A stretch of 64,000 nucleotides of DNA from Thermoplasmatales archaeon. GTDB taxonomy: Archaea > Thermoplasmatota > Thermoplasmata > Thermoplasmatales > Thermoplasmataceae. The DNA is taken from the NCBI GenBank assembly GCA_027310185.1, contig DAIDBH010000017.1, forward strand, positions 64,001 to 128,000. The letters are read 5' to 3'. The notes under the pieces were generated by a model. The model ran no database searches. It was not told where the DNA came from and saw only the letters and a list, made by a program, of their open reading frames with translations. Positions within the stretch are counted from its first letter, which is position 1. Each line of letters opens with the position of its first letter. A program made the translations under genes and the position numbers. Below, piece after piece: positions 39,379 to 50,332 of the stretch.

Positions 39379-40167
39379 TCATATCAGTCTACTCATTTTA
39401 TTTATTCCGAGCATATTTCCAAGTTCCATTGCATTTAAGGGAGCATTTCCGTTAGGATGATTATTGAAAAATATGAAAATTTCGCCAAACTGTCCTTCAT
39501 ATCTATTGATTTCATCTTTTATTGCTACCAGTTCGTTTGAATTGTAGTCATAATTGAATTTTTCCATTCCAGATTCTTTTACGGAAAATGACTGATTTCT
39601 TCCATGCAGTCTTATGTAGGCTTTTCCATTTTTTGAGCTGTTTAATCTTAAGTGATTTATGTAATTGTCTGTGAACGCTATGTTGAATCCTGCATCCTCA
39701 ACCAGTTTCTGGATTTGCTGGAAATTATTCTCTTCAAATATTCTCGGCTCGCAGTAAATATTGTTCTCATTACCTGTGATTTCAGACATTTCTACAAGAT
39801 ACTCCTCTATGTTGTGCATCTTTATCCATGGGGGCAGTGTGAATAGAAATTTTGAATCCTCATCCCTCCTATTTGCTGGATTCAAAACATTTTTCAAGAA
39901 AAGTTCCATGCTTTCCTTCCTATCTTTCATATGGCCAAAATGACTTACCGATGATGGGATTTTTATGGATAACTTGATTTCCTTGGAGATTTTCCTTATT
40001 GAATTCTCGAAAGCCTCCATTGGTGGCGTTGAATAATATGTTGAATCTATTTCTAATGCACTGAAAAAATTTGTGTAGTAATTTACAGATGGCCTGGTTC
40101 CTTCAGGATAGAATTTTCCAACCCACTCCCTGTATGCCCATCCACAAGTTCCAAGAAATATCTTCAA
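39379..40167 (-). CDS. DUF72 family protein
   Basis: GTCGW, EIDSTYY, YIRLHGRN, YDY and FFNNH motifs. Confidence 0.9.
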   Translation of the reverse strand: MKIFLGTCGWAYREWVGKFYPEGTRPSVNYYTNFFSALEIDSTYYSTPPMEAFENSIRKISKEIKLSIKIPSSVSHFGHMKDRKESMELFLKNVLNPANRRDEDSKFLFTLPPWIKMHNIEEYLVEMSEITGNENNIYCEPRIFEENNFQQIQKLVEDAGFNIAFTDNYINHLRLNSSKNGKAYIRLHGRNQSFSVKESGMEKFNYDYNSNELVAIKDEINRYEGQFGEIFIFFNNHPNGNAPLNAMELGNMLGINKMSRLI

Positions 40168-41309
40168 GGATTCAGTTCCCTCAGTACTTCCCTTGCAATT
40201 ATTACCCTCTGGATCTGGTTTGTGCCTTCGTATATCTGTGTTATTTTTGCATCCCTCATGTGCCTTTCTGCGTCCAGATCTATTGTGTATCCATAGCCAC
40301 CGAATATCTGGAGTGAATCTGTTGCGATCCTGTTTGCGACATCAGATGCAAAGAGCTTTGCCATTGAAGATTCCTTTATGCATGGTTCATGTCGATCCCA
40401 TCTTTCCGCTGCATTGTAAGTTAACAGTCTTGCTGCTTCGATTTCTGTTGCCATATCGGAGATCATGAACTGGATTCCTTCCATGCTTGAAATGCTCTGG
40501 CCGAACTGTTTCCTCTGCTGCGAATAAATGACAGCCTCCTCAAAGGCAGCCTCTGCTATACCCAGAGCCTGCGATGCAATCCCTATCCTGCCAGCGTCCA
40601 GTGTCTCCATTACCACCTTGAATCCTTCGTTCAACTTACCCACAATATTTGATTCCGGAACCCTTACATTTTCAAATATGAGCTCCACGGTTGATGATCC
40701 CCTGATCCCCATCTTGTGGATGTCCCTGCTGATCTTGAATCCTGGTGTGTCTGAATCAACCACGAATGTTGTTATTCCCCTGTGTCCCTTTGATGGATCT
40801 GTTACAACATCAACAACAAAAAATTTTGCAAGTCTTCCGTTTGAGATGAAAATTTTAGTACCATTTATTACATACTCACTTCCGTCCTTGACTGCGGAAG
40901 TTTTGATGGCTGCCGCATCACTGCCTGCCCCTGGTTCTGTAAGTGCCAGTCCGCCTATCTCACCTTCAGCAACCCTCTTCAGATATTTACTTTTCAAATC
41001 TTCGGAACCAAACATCAGAACCGGTTCCCCGAATAGGGTTAAAGCACCATCTAGGACCAATGATGTGCTTGGGCAGGCCTTTGATATGATTTCAATTGCC
41101 CTCATCAGGAAGCTGAAGCTCATCCCGTATCCACCGTATTCCTTTGGAATGTAACTCGCAAATAACCCAAGTTCCTTCATTCTATCAATGAGTTTTTGTG
41201 GAACTTCCTCCTTGAGATCAATCTCCCTTGCAAGTGGTTTCACCTCTTCGTTGGCAAATCTCTTGATGTATTCGAGAACATCCTTTTCCTCTTCCTTAAG
41301 TCCACTCAT
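40164..41309 (-). CDS. Acyl-CoA dehydrogenase (short/branched-chain type)
   Basis: ALTEPGAGSD, NGTKIFISN, KMGIRGS, QRKQFG, GGYGY and IYEGTNQIQR motifs. Confidence 0.95.
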   Translation of the reverse strand: MSGLKEEEKDVLEYIKRFANEEVKPLAREIDLKEEVPQKLIDRMKELGLFASYIPKEYGGYGMSFSFLMRAIEIISKACPSTSLVLDGALTLFGEPVLMFGSEDLKSKYLKRVAEGEIGGLALTEPGAGSDAAAIKTSAVKDGSEYVINGTKIFISNGRLAKFFVVDVVTDPSKGHRGITTFVVDSDTPGFKISRDIHKMGIRGSSTVELIFENVRVPESNIVGKLNEGFKVVMETLDAGRIGIASQALGIAEAAFEEAVIYSQQRKQFGQSISSMEGIQFMISDMATEIEAARLLTYNAAERWDRHEPCIKESSMAKLFASDVANRIATDSLQIFGGYGYTIDLDAERHMRDAKITQIYEGTNQIQRVIIAREVLRELNP

Positions 41310-41474
41310 AAATGGATAATGTTATTCCTGATATTATTTTTTAGTAGGTTTAATACTTTAGTGGATAGGGTGTCATGTTCCTTAATTATGTGGAAATTAT
41401 CAGTTTATTAATAGCAAAACCAATTTATTTTAAGCCTTTCTTTTCTATTGCAAAAGATTTTTACTTATGCATTG

Positions 41475-42137
41475 ATGCCAATCCCAATGGAATTTAAAGC
41501 TAAACTGGTTACATGGGAGGATATTGAGACGTGGTGTGAGGAGATCGATAAAAAGATGCTGAAAGACGGGACACCGGATGCAATTATTGGACTGTCAAGG
41601 GGAGGTCTCGTTCCTGCAAGGATACTCTCTGATATGATCCTCATGAAGAACCTTTATGCCATAAAGACTGAACATTGGGGTCTTACTGCAACAGTGGATG
41701 GAAAAGCTGATCTGAAGTATGGACTGAATGTTTCCATTGAGGGAAAGAATGTTCTCGTGGTAGATGATATTACGGACACAGGACAGAGCATGAAGCTTGC
41801 ATATGATTATATTAAAACACTCAAGCCAAGGTCCATAAAGACCTCTACGATGCTTCATATCGGCCACTCCTCCTTTGTTCCAGACTACTATGCCCAGTTT
41901 GTTACCGATAAGGAATGGACATGGTTCATCTTCCCGTGGAACGTTTATGAGGATATCACGAATCTATCATCCAAGATAGAAATGAAATCAAATTCTGTGG
42001 ATGAGATTGAGAAGAAGCTGAAGGAGAGTTTCGATCTCTCGGTAAAAAAGAATGTTCTGGAAAAGGTTCTGATGCAGATGGTACATATGGGAAAGGCAGA
42101 ATTGAGTGATGGAAAATATACTTACATTCAGGCCTGA
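41475..42137 (+). CDS. Type I phosphoribosyltransferase (purine salvage-like)
   Basis: GLSRGG, VLVVDDITDTG and WFIFPW motifs. Confidence 0.88.
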   Translation: MPIPMEFKAKLVTWEDIETWCEEIDKKMLKDGTPDAIIGLSRGGLVPARILSDMILMKNLYAIKTEHWGLTATVDGKADLKYGLNVSIEGKNVLVVDDITDTGQSMKLAYDYIKTLKPRSIKTSTMLHIGHSSFVPDYYAQFVTDKEWTWFIFPWNVYEDITNLSSKIEMKSNSVDEIEKKLKESFDLSVKKNVLEKVLMQMVHMGKAELSDGKYTYIQA

Positions 42138-43057
42138 ATAATTGTACCGGATAAACCTTCGATCACATTATTTGCATCCTTAAGTGAGCCTATCCTTGCA
42201 ACTTTTCCTCCCCGTTCAACAAAACTCATTGCTGCAAGAACCTTTGGTCCCATGCTACCCTTTGAGAATTGCCCCTTATCATAGTATTCCCTTATCTCTT
42301 TTAATTTAACTTTACCAAGTGCTCTTTGAGTGCTTTTACCGAAATCTATGAATGCATTCTTCACGTCTGTAAGTATCACGAATTCCTCTGCTTCAAGCAT
42401 GTGTGCCAGTACATAGGAAGCCAGATCCTTGTCAATAACTGCATCCACTCCACTGTAATAATTGCCTTTTTTTATCACTGGAATACCGCCCCCACCGGTG
42501 CATATTGGCAGGAATCCTGCGTTCAGGGAGCTCATTATTGCATTCTTTTCAAGTATATCAAGAGGCATTGGGGAGGGGACACATCTTCTCCATCCCTTCT
42601 CAGTTTTCATGAACTCCCAGTCTGTACTGCTTTTAAGATCATTGTATTCCTGCTCTGAATAAACTCTTCCAACAGGTTTTGTTGGATTCTTGAAGGCCTG
42701 ATCACCCTCGTTAACGATTGTTCTTGTAAGTATATTGATTGCTTCCTTTCCTATTCCAGATACTGATCTTACCTGCTCATATGCTTCAATCAAAATCTCC
42801 CCGATCAGACCTTGAGACATTGCTCCAAGTGCGTGCATTGGCATTGGGGGAGGCAATTCGTTTGAATTTTGATTCCTCAGTATTAGGTCTCCGATCTGAG
42901 GCCCGTTACCGTGAGTTATAATGACATCTTCCTTTACGATTATATCAGACAATGATTCAAAGGCGTTTACGGCTCTCTTTACCTGTGTTTCATAATCCCT
43001 GGAATCACCACTTTCCATCAGGGCGTTTCCTCCAAGTGCGATTACAATTTTGCTCAT
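42128..43057 (-). CDS. arcC: Carbamate kinase
   Basis: ALGGNA, HGNGPQ, NPTKPVG, GGGGIP, AVIDKD and GSMGPK motifs. Confidence 0.95.
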   Translation of the reverse strand: MSKIVIALGGNALMESGDSRDYETQVKRAVNAFESLSDIIVKEDVIITHGNGPQIGDLILRNQNSNELPPPMPMHALGAMSQGLIGEILIEAYEQVRSVSGIGKEAINILTRTIVNEGDQAFKNPTKPVGRVYSEQEYNDLKSSTDWEFMKTEKGWRRCVPSPMPLDILEKNAIMSSLNAGFLPICTGGGGIPVIKKGNYYSGVDAVIDKDLASYVLAHMLEAEEFVILTDVKNAFIDFGKSTQRALGKVKLKEIREYYDKGQFSKGSMGPKVLAAMSFVERGGKVARIGSLKDANNVIEGLSGTIIQA

Positions 43058-43184
43058 TAGATCACGGAAAACATAGATTTGTTGCATCTATATAAGAGAA
43101 AGCTCGGTTTTTAAATGCTGGCTCATGAAGTTGCGGAATTAAAGACTGTGAGAGGACTTTTAAATCATCGTGCTATTTTACATT

Positions 43185-43571
43185 ATGAATATGGAAATTC
43201 GAATGAAGAGCAAAAAGAGCTTTGAGGAGGTGTGCTCAGAGGTTTCAAAAAAGGTTAGTGAAGTAGGTTTCGGAGTACTGGCTGAGATAAAGACGAGTGA
43301 TGTTTTGAAATCAAAGGGGTATGAGTATTTTCCCCTCAGGACTTACGAGATATGTAACCCTGGATATGCGTCAAAGATATTGAATACTGACGTCAGGTTT
43401 GAGTCACTGCTTCCCTGCAGAATTGTGATAAAGGGAACAAAAGATGGGAGTGAGGTTATAGGACTTCTGCCTGAAGCCATGGCTGGACTGGTTGGAAACA
43501 GAAATGTGGAAGATACAATGCTGAAGGTTCAGGAAGTAATTAAAAAAATTGTTGCTGACCTCGCCAGATAA
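43185..43571 (+). CDS. DUF302 family protein
   Basis: GFGVL, ICNP and LLPCRI motifs. Confidence 0.88.
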   Translation: MNMEIRMKSKKSFEEVCSEVSKKVSEVGFGVLAEIKTSDVLKSKGYEYFPLRTYEICNPGYASKILNTDVRFESLLPCRIVIKGTKDGSEVIGLLPEAMAGLVGNRNVEDTMLKVQEVIKKIVADLAR

Positions 43572-43652
43572 ATTATTTCTAATGAATATATCTCATGAAT
43601 AATTGATGAATATTCTGCGAACCTCTTTTATGTCATCAAGAAATACCTGATC

Positions 43653-44468
43653 ATGAAGTTAACAGTAGCACACACGCCAGACCCGGATGACGCATTCATG
43701 TTTTATGCAATGATCACTGGAAAAATTAAGACCAGTATGGAGTATGAACAGATAATAAAGGATATTGAAACACTGAATCATGAAGCTGAAACAGGGATGT
43801 ATGATGTAACGGCAATATCTGCAAATGAGTATGCAGATGTAAATGAAACATATGCTCTCACAAGATCGGGAGCAAGTTTTGGACTCACCTATGGACCACT
43901 GGTTGTTGGTAAGAGTGAGGTAGATTTCAAGAAGGCGATTATAGGATCACCAGGACTTGGAACATCTTCGCACCTCCTATTCAGGATGTTTGTGGAGAAA
44001 GACGCAGACCTTAGGCCAATGAGATTTGACCTCATACCTGATTCAATCATGAAGGGAGATATACAGGCAGGAATAATAATTCACGATGAACAGCTTACTT
44101 ACCAGAATAAGGGCCTGATAAAACTTGCAGCGATCTATGATAAATGGAAGGAATACGCAGGTGACCTGCCGGTTCCACTTGGATTTAATGCAATAAGGAA
44201 ATCACTTGGAAAAGAAGTGATTGCCAATTACATTAAAGATTTTGAGAACTCTATAAAATATGCACAGCAGCATGTGGAAGAGGCAGCAACTTATGCAATG
44301 AAATACGCGAGATACAAGGACCTTGAGCTGGAGACAAAATTCATCCAGATGTATGTTAACGATCTTTCAATAGACTTTGGAGAAAAGGGAAGGAAAGCCC
44401 TAAAAATGTATTATGATCGGGCTTTCAAGATGGGGTTGTTGCCAGAGTTCAAGATGGAAATAGTGTAA
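43653..44468 (+). CDS. mqnD: 1,4-dihydroxy-6-naphthoate synthase (futalosine pathway)
   Basis: HTPDPDDAFMFYA, DIETLN, IIHD, LPVPLG and MYVN motifs. Confidence 0.9.
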   Translation: MKLTVAHTPDPDDAFMFYAMITGKIKTSMEYEQIIKDIETLNHEAETGMYDVTAISANEYADVNETYALTRSGASFGLTYGPLVVGKSEVDFKKAIIGSPGLGTSSHLLFRMFVEKDADLRPMRFDLIPDSIMKGDIQAGIIIHDEQLTYQNKGLIKLAAIYDKWKEYAGDLPVPLGFNAIRKSLGKEVIANYIKDFENSIKYAQQHVEEAATYAMKYARYKDLELETKFIQMYVNDLSIDFGEKGRKALKMYYDRAFKMGLLPEFKMEIV

Positions 44469-44579
44469 AAATTTCCTTAGTTATTAAGCCTTCCATCAAA
44501 TTCCAGACCTATTTGCTCTTATGATATCACCTTCTAGAATATTGCATATTTTTCTACGATACTCATGCAGGTGAACCTA

Positions 44580-45464
44580 TCACTTGATAGCAAAACTCTC
44601 ATTACTCCATATAAAAGTAAAATTATCCCATGTCATTTTTATCTGCGTAAAAATTAAGTAGTTATTTAATTCATCTAAATCTTTGGAATTTAAGGTGTTT
44701 ATGATAACTGTTTGATTGCACTGTATCGTAAAATTTTCATATGATATTCTTGAAACTTTTTTATCACTCATGTTGTAATAAGAAGTTGATATGATTACAT
44801 GAGCGATAGAATGCTTAGAATCCCCAATACAGAAAGCTTTTTCTGAAACATTACCATGTCTAGATTTATTTACTAAGTCAAGACCCTCCACGTGAATTAT
44901 ATAATTATTCATTTCAACACTTTTTGCAGATAGTTCTGTGTTATTGATCCCCCTCACTCCTAAGTAAGGAACTATAGCATAATTTCCAGGTATTGCCGGT
45001 TCGAATATTGGTTTTGTTGTTTGGTTTCCCTGATATTGGATGATTGTTCCGTTCCAGTTCACGGATATGAAAGTTTCTTTATTGGCTTTTATGGTTTTAA
45101 CCGGTATGGTTGTGTATAATGCCGTTGCACCATTAGTCTGCCTGTAATTTGATGTACAGTTTATAGCCTTTGTGAACACGTTATTATCATAACAATTAAT
45201 GTTGTTGAATACAGTTGATTGGTTTCCGATGTAATAAAGTTGTAGCCACGGGTTTGAATAAACTGATGTTTCAAAACTTGCTCCATTGAATGGTTCAATT
45301 GATATGGTGATATTGGTACCCTGATCAGGTTTTGTGTAATTTGATTGTGCAGCAAAATAACAGTTATAGTAGGGTTTTATTGATGATTTATATACGTAAA
45401 CTCCAGAAGTAGTAAAGATTGCAATTATGAGTATAATTATAAGTATCCTAAACTCTTTTTTCAC
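44580..45464 (-). CDS. Hypothetical membrane-anchored/secreted glycoprotein
   Basis: N-terminal hydrophobic anchor, N/T/S-rich sequence with many NxS/T sequons, AT-rich DNA. Confidence 0.7.
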   Translation of the reverse strand: MKKEFRILIIILIIAIFTTSGVYVYKSSIKPYYNCYFAAQSNYTKPDQGTNITISIEPFNGASFETSVYSNPWLQLYYIGNQSTVFNNINCYDNNVFTKAINCTSNYRQTNGATALYTTIPVKTIKANKETFISVNWNGTIIQYQGNQTTKPIFEPAIPGNYAIVPYLGVRGINNTELSAKSVEMNNYIIHVEGLDLVNKSRHGNVSEKAFCIGDSKHSIAHVIISTSYYNMSDKKVSRISYENFTIQCNQTVIINTLNSKDLDELNNYLIFTQIKMTWDNFTFIWSNESFAIK

Positions 45465-46118
45465 TTTTTATCATCCTGAAGTTTTATTTATAATTTTATG
45501 AAGCTGTTGAATCATAGTTTTAGCCTCCTCCCATTTTAACACAAGAGCATGAGTAGTAACCTATTTAACCAAATGTACCAGTTCGACTTGTAGATCGATT
45601 GGATGCACAATTATCAAAATGTCATTAGTATTTATTTTTAAACTCGTTTTTAGTATATTGGCTGATGGATATGTTTATTTCCATTACCCGACTATTTTAT
45701 CTAATTTTGCTCTAATTTACTTTTTTTATCAGGTTTAAGCTCTTTCGTTGCTTAGATATATCTTTTCTTACAATTATGACTTATCTTCGGAAATTTGGTA
45801 TTGCTAGATATCTATGAGTAACTAACATATCCATTCATGGCTGGGTCTATATAGTATTGGAGAAATGAAGAATTCTCATCGTAATGAGCCTTCCAGGATT
45901 TTGGCTTCTCCATTCAACTATGAGGCCATGTTGCTATTCAGTAATAGATTCTTGTTATGGGAGCTAAACAATAATGGACTTTGCAAATTCCTTAATGGAA
46001 AAGAGAGAATAATAGAAATTTTATATTTTGACTTAAATAACTTGAGTTACTTTCCTTATTAACTAAGATTTCTAATCTGTGTGAGTTAGGTAATTTTCAA
46101 AGAAAATTGAGTAGAGAT

Positions 46119-47873
46119 CTAGTTCCTTACCTCTTCTGTCTTCATTGTTGAAGGGGATGCAGAAGGAGTAGGTGTTGGCGATCCTGTTTCGTTTATGATT
46201 TCCTTCTTGGAATCATCATATATGACCTTCCTGCCCCTGAGTGCTGAAAGTATTGCTCCAATTATGAAGATGAAGAATCCTGCTATAAATGCCATCCTTA
46301 AAGATGTCATGAATGATCCTGCAAGTGCAGTTGGGAACCATATCTTCCCCTCAAGTGTCAGAATTACTGAATGTGGTATTAAAGCGCTCAACCCTGCAAG
46401 TGCAGGTTCTGAAAGGATTGTACCCACCGGGTTATACCCCAGGAACGCTGAAAACAGTGCTGAGGTTGGGGGCAGCTTGTCAAATATGGGTATGAGAACA
46501 GGTGCACCGGACGTTGCAAGTGCGGGACCGAAAGAGCCCGGTATGAGTCTTGTTAAATATACCAGGACTATCGTGAAGAATATTCCCATGCTTGCGGTCT
46601 GCCCTGTGTTCTGCAAAGTTGCCCTCATTCCAGAAGCAACACCTCTTAGCTGTGGTTTTACTGAATTCATCACTGCCGTTATGTTAGGAGCTGCGAACAT
46701 TCCCATTCCTGATCCCATCATGAACAGCATTAAGGCAAATGGAACGTATGCAAAATTGTATGGCAGAGTTGCCAGCAACAGGAATGCAACTGCACTGATC
46801 AGCAATCCTACAGTGGATATGAGTCTTGCCCCTATCTTATCAGATAATGCGCCACTTACAGGACCAAACACCACAAATCCCAGCATCATAGGAATTGTAT
46901 AGATTCCGGCCCAGAATGGTACAGAACTGTAACTGTATCCATGAAGTGGAAGCCATATTCCCTGAAGAAGGATGATTATCATGAACATCAGTCCACCCAT
47001 ACCCATTGACTGTAGCATGCTTGCAAAACTCCCGGTTGCAAATGCCCTGTTCCTGAACAGGGAAAGATTGAACATTGGCTGTTCAACTGCTCTCTCTATG
47101 AATATGAATGCAACAACCATTATGACTCCAATAGTCATTGATGCAACTACATATGGGTTTCCCCATCCCATGCTTGAGTTGTCATATGGCATAAGACCGT
47201 AGGTTACACCCAGAAGTATCAGTGTAAGGCCTCCTGCAAATGCAATATTTCCTGGAATGTCCAATTTTTGTTTCTCGTGACGTGTCGAAGTTTCCTTAAG
47301 CTTGGCATAGGACCAGATTGTTCCGATGATACCAACTGGAACGCTCACCAGAAACACATCTCTCCAGTATATTGTTGCCAGTATTCCTCCCAGTATTAAA
47401 CCAATAAGGGACCCTGCAAGTGCTGCTATCTGGTTGAGACCCATAGCCTTGCCTCTTTCATTTGCCGGGAAACTGTCTGTTATTATTGCTGCAGAGTTTG
47501 CAAAAAGGAATGAAGCTCCTACTGCCTGAACCATCCTGAACAGGATTAATTCAAGTCCTGCCGTATCTCCTGTTCCCGGTGTAAGATATAGTAATATTGA
47601 ACCTACTGTAAAAATCAGAAACCCAAGGTTGAATAGCCTGACCCTTCCAAATATATCGGATAATCTTCCAAATGTCACAAGAAGAACTGCAGTTACCATC
47701 ATGTAACCCATCAAGATCCATAGAAGATATTGGAACGAAGAGCCAAGGAAGGGGTTCAGGTGTATACCTTTGAAGATAGCTGGTAATGATATCAACACTA
47801 TGGTGCTGTTGATTGATGCCATCAGGACACCCAGTGTAGTATTGGATAATGCGACCCATTTATACTGAACCAT
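46119..47873 (-). CDS. MFS drug:H+ antiporter (DHA2, EmrB/QacA-like)
   Basis: [26 protein letters not shown] and LDIPG motifs, about 14 TM helices. Confidence 0.93.
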   Translation of the reverse strand: MVQYKWVALSNTTLGVLMASINSTIVLISLPAIFKGIHLNPFLGSSFQYLLWILMGYMMVTAVLLVTFGRLSDIFGRVRLFNLGFLIFTVGSILLYLTPGTGDTAGLELILFRMVQAVGASFLFANSAAIITDSFPANERGKAMGLNQIAALAGSLIGLILGGILATIYWRDVFLVSVPVGIIGTIWSYAKLKETSTRHEKQKLDIPGNIAFAGGLTLILLGVTYGLMPYDNSSMGWGNPYVVASMTIGVIMVVAFIFIERAVEQPMFNLSLFRNRAFATGSFASMLQSMGMGGLMFMIIILLQGIWLPLHGYSYSSVPFWAGIYTIPMMLGFVVFGPVSGALSDKIGARLISTVGLLISAVAFLLLATLPYNFAYVPFALMLFMMGSGMGMFAAPNITAVMNSVKPQLRGVASGMRATLQNTGQTASMGIFFTIVLVYLTRLIPGSFGPALATSGAPVLIPIFDKLPPTSALFSAFLGYNPVGTILSEPALAGLSALIPHSVILTLEGKIWFPTALAGSFMTSLRMAFIAGFFIFIIGAILSALRGRKVIYDDSKKEIINETGSPTPTPSASPSTMKTEEVRN

Positions 47874-47907
47874 CTTTAATCATGCGCATATTTCAGGGTT
47901 GTATAAA

Positions 47908-47932
47908 TACTTAATTCATAATTGATTAAGTA
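47908..47932. promoter_or_regulatory. Inverted repeat, candidate operator between divergent genes
   Basis: TACTTAAT-N9-ATTAAGTA next to a TATA-like element. Confidence 0.4.
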
Positions 47933-47956
47933 ATGAAATATTAATAACTATTTTAT

Positions 47957-48505
47957 ATGCAAAAGCAATTATGCATCATGTTAGGCAGAAAGGGAGCTAT
48001 AGTTTTAACCGTAGCGCTTCTCATAATATTTTCTGGAATGACCTATGTGACCATATTCAACAGTAAGACAGCCCTGTCAACATCTGGTGGTTATCTTAAT
48101 GTTACAGCATCACAATCACAAAAGCAGCTTGGGTTTGTAAAAGAACCGGGCTGCATAGAATTTAACATAACTGTTAAGACTGATGCATCCACCGTGTCCA
48201 TATTTTCCTTTGGAAATGTTTCGACAGGTTCAGGCAGTTATACAAACCTTACGTCTTTCATCAATACATCATCGACGTATAACGGCCTGGTCGTAAATTC
48301 AACAGACAGATACAACTATGTGACCGTGACTAACTTTAAGAATGATACTATAATAAACCTGAAAATGATGGTTTCATCACCTGCGTTTGAGAATATGCAG
48401 TCATTCAATCCTCAAAACAGAGATACGGTGTATCCTGTGACGATCCTGGTTATAGGCTCGAACGATGGGGCTGATGGAACCGGGTTCGGACTGGTTAAAC
48501 TGTGA
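47957..48505 (+). CDS. Hypothetical secreted/membrane-anchored protein
   Basis: N-terminal TM, S/T/N-rich beta-type sequence, sequons. Confidence 0.7.
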   Translation: MQKQLCIMLGRKGAIVLTVALLIIFSGMTYVTIFNSKTALSTSGGYLNVTASQSQKQLGFVKEPGCIEFNITVKTDASTVSIFSFGNVSTGSGSYTNLTSFINTSSTYNGLVVNSTDRYNYVTVTNFKNDTIINLKMMVSSPAFENMQSFNPQNRDTVYPVTILVIGSNDGADGTGFGLVKL

Positions 48506-48649
48506 GTTGTTCAGATATGTTTTTCAGGAAAAAAAGTATGGAAAAAGTGGAAAAACAGGTCAATAGAATGCAAATTTATGTATTTATGTTTGCCGGTATT
48601 TTCAAAATATTTATGAACCATAAGATTTTAACTGACTGAGGGTGAAAAA

Positions 48650-50332
48650 ATGACGAGATTTGTATTAATATCAGATAGCACATTGAGTTATGAATACAGG
48701 AATTTTCCACTTCTAGATTTTCTACCCTGTGCGCCTGGAAAGGCAATACCAGAAAGAGTTTACAAATTCCTGAAGGGGCCGGCTCCACCTGCTAAGCCCA
48801 ATGGCGAGACAGTGTTTGCACCATATGCAATAAGGAAGCTTGAAGCCAGCCTTCTTACAAAATTCAAGAGAGAAGAGATAGCTGTTGCACACGAGGATCA
48901 TCTTGAAAACTTTATCAAGGATGATACTGAAATAATAGCGGTCTCAACCATGGATCCACTTGGTATTGGACCGACCACAATGTCCTACTATGCCCTATTC
49001 GGTGGCAATCTCGATGCATGGGTAAGGAGAGACTGGGATAAGCTTATGGACAGGATCAATGTGGTGAGAAAGGGAAAGAAGGCAAAACTGATCGTTGGTG
49101 GACCCGGTGTATGGGAATTCACAATTCTCAGAGATGAGATAGAGAAATACCATTATGATTACGTTTTTTCAGGTGAGGCAGACGATATCGCACCAATGTT
49201 ATTTGATCAGATAGCAGCGAATGATATAGATAAAAATGTGTTCAGAACTGGTTTCGTAAGTTATGATGAGAACTTCAAGAGGGTTACGATCAATGATCCA
49301 CTTTTCCTGTCAAGAGGATTTTCCAAAGCCGCATATCCAAGGCTTGAAGAGATACCAAGAATTGTTGCACCATCCATGAAGGGAATGGTTGAAGTCATGA
49401 GAGGTTGTGGTGTGGGATGTGATTTCTGTGAAGTAACACTAAGGCCACTTAGATATGAACCCACTGAAAATGTTGTTGCTGAACTTAAGATAAATGCAGC
49501 CGCAGGTTTGACGAACGGTTGGCTTCACTCTGATGAATTCTTCGGGTATAAGCATGGTAATTTATTTGCGCCAAATGAAGAAGCCCTAACAGAACTTCTT
49601 ACAGCAGTAATGAATGTTAAGGGTATCAAGACATCTAATCCAACCCATGGTCGTGTTTCCATCCCTGCAGGTTATCCGGAGATGATGGAAAAGCTTTCAA
49701 AGATCCTGAAAACTGGACCGAGAAACTGGATAGGTATCCAGACGGGAGTCGAGACTGGTAGTGATGAACTGGCCAAGAAACATATGCCTAACAAGACCCT
49801 TCCGCTCAGGATAGGTCCAGATGGAAGCTGGCTGGATATTGTCTGGCAGGGTGTATATGTGGAAACAAAGAACTACTGGAGACCTGCATTCACCTTACAG
49901 GTTGGCCAGAATGAGGAGACTGAAGATGATAACTGGCAGACGGTAGAGATGATAAACAGACTCAGTAATTCCTATTCTGAAGGAGGCAGACCCTTTGAGT
50001 TCACGGTAACACCACTGGTAAATGTTCCCCTTGGGAGGATAAAATCAAGATCACTCAACACAAATATGCTTACAAAGGATATGATGGCAGTCTACTATGC
50101 ATCGTACAGGCATCTATCAAAAATGGCTACAAGAGACGGTTTCAGGGATACTGACGGGAACTTCCTTTCAAGGATAGGAACTGGATCTCTTATTTCTGGC
50201 GGCGGTTACCTTATGATGAAATACATTGAGAAGAGGGCTGCAAAGATGGGAGTAGACATAGAAAAAGTAAAACACTATGGAGTGGAGCATTCCCGGGATA
50301 TTACATCTCTATCGGCACTTGCAAGAGCATAA
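48650..50332 (+). CDS. Radical SAM protein with N-terminal B12-binding-like domain
   Basis: VEVMRGCGVGCDFC (CX3CX2C), LIVGGPG, GEAD and GVETGS motifs. Confidence 0.88.
   Translation: MTRFVLISDSTLSYEYRNFPLLDFLPCAPGKAIPERVYKFLKGPAPPAKPNGETVFAPYAIRKLEASLLTKFKREEIAVAHEDHLENFIKDDTEIIAVSTMDPLGIGPTTMSYYALFGGNLDAWVRRDWDKLMDRINVVRKGKKAKLIVGGPGVWEFTILRDEIEKYHYDYVFSGEADDIAPMLFDQIAANDIDKNVFRTGFVSYDENFKRVTINDPLFLSRGFSKAAYPRLEEIPRIVAPSMKGMVEVMRGCGVGCDFCEVTLRPLRYEPTENVVAELKINAAAGLTNGWLHSDEFFGYKHGNLFAPNEEALTELLTAVMNVKGIKTSNPTHGRVSIPAGYPEMMEKLSKILKTGPRNWIGIQTGVETGSDELAKKHMPNKTLPLRIGPDGSWLDIVWQGVYVETKNYWRPAFTLQVGQNEETEDDNWQTVEMINRLSNSYSEGGRPFEFTVTPLVNVPLGRIKSRSLNTNMLTKDMMAVYYASYRHLSKMATRDGFRDTDGNFLSRIGTGSLISGGGYLMMKYIEKRAAKMGVDIEKVKHYGVEHSRDITSLSALARA

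Noticed and set aside
45865-46062. 65-aa ORF
   Set aside because: No recognisable motif in AT-rich DNA; likely spurious or decayed.
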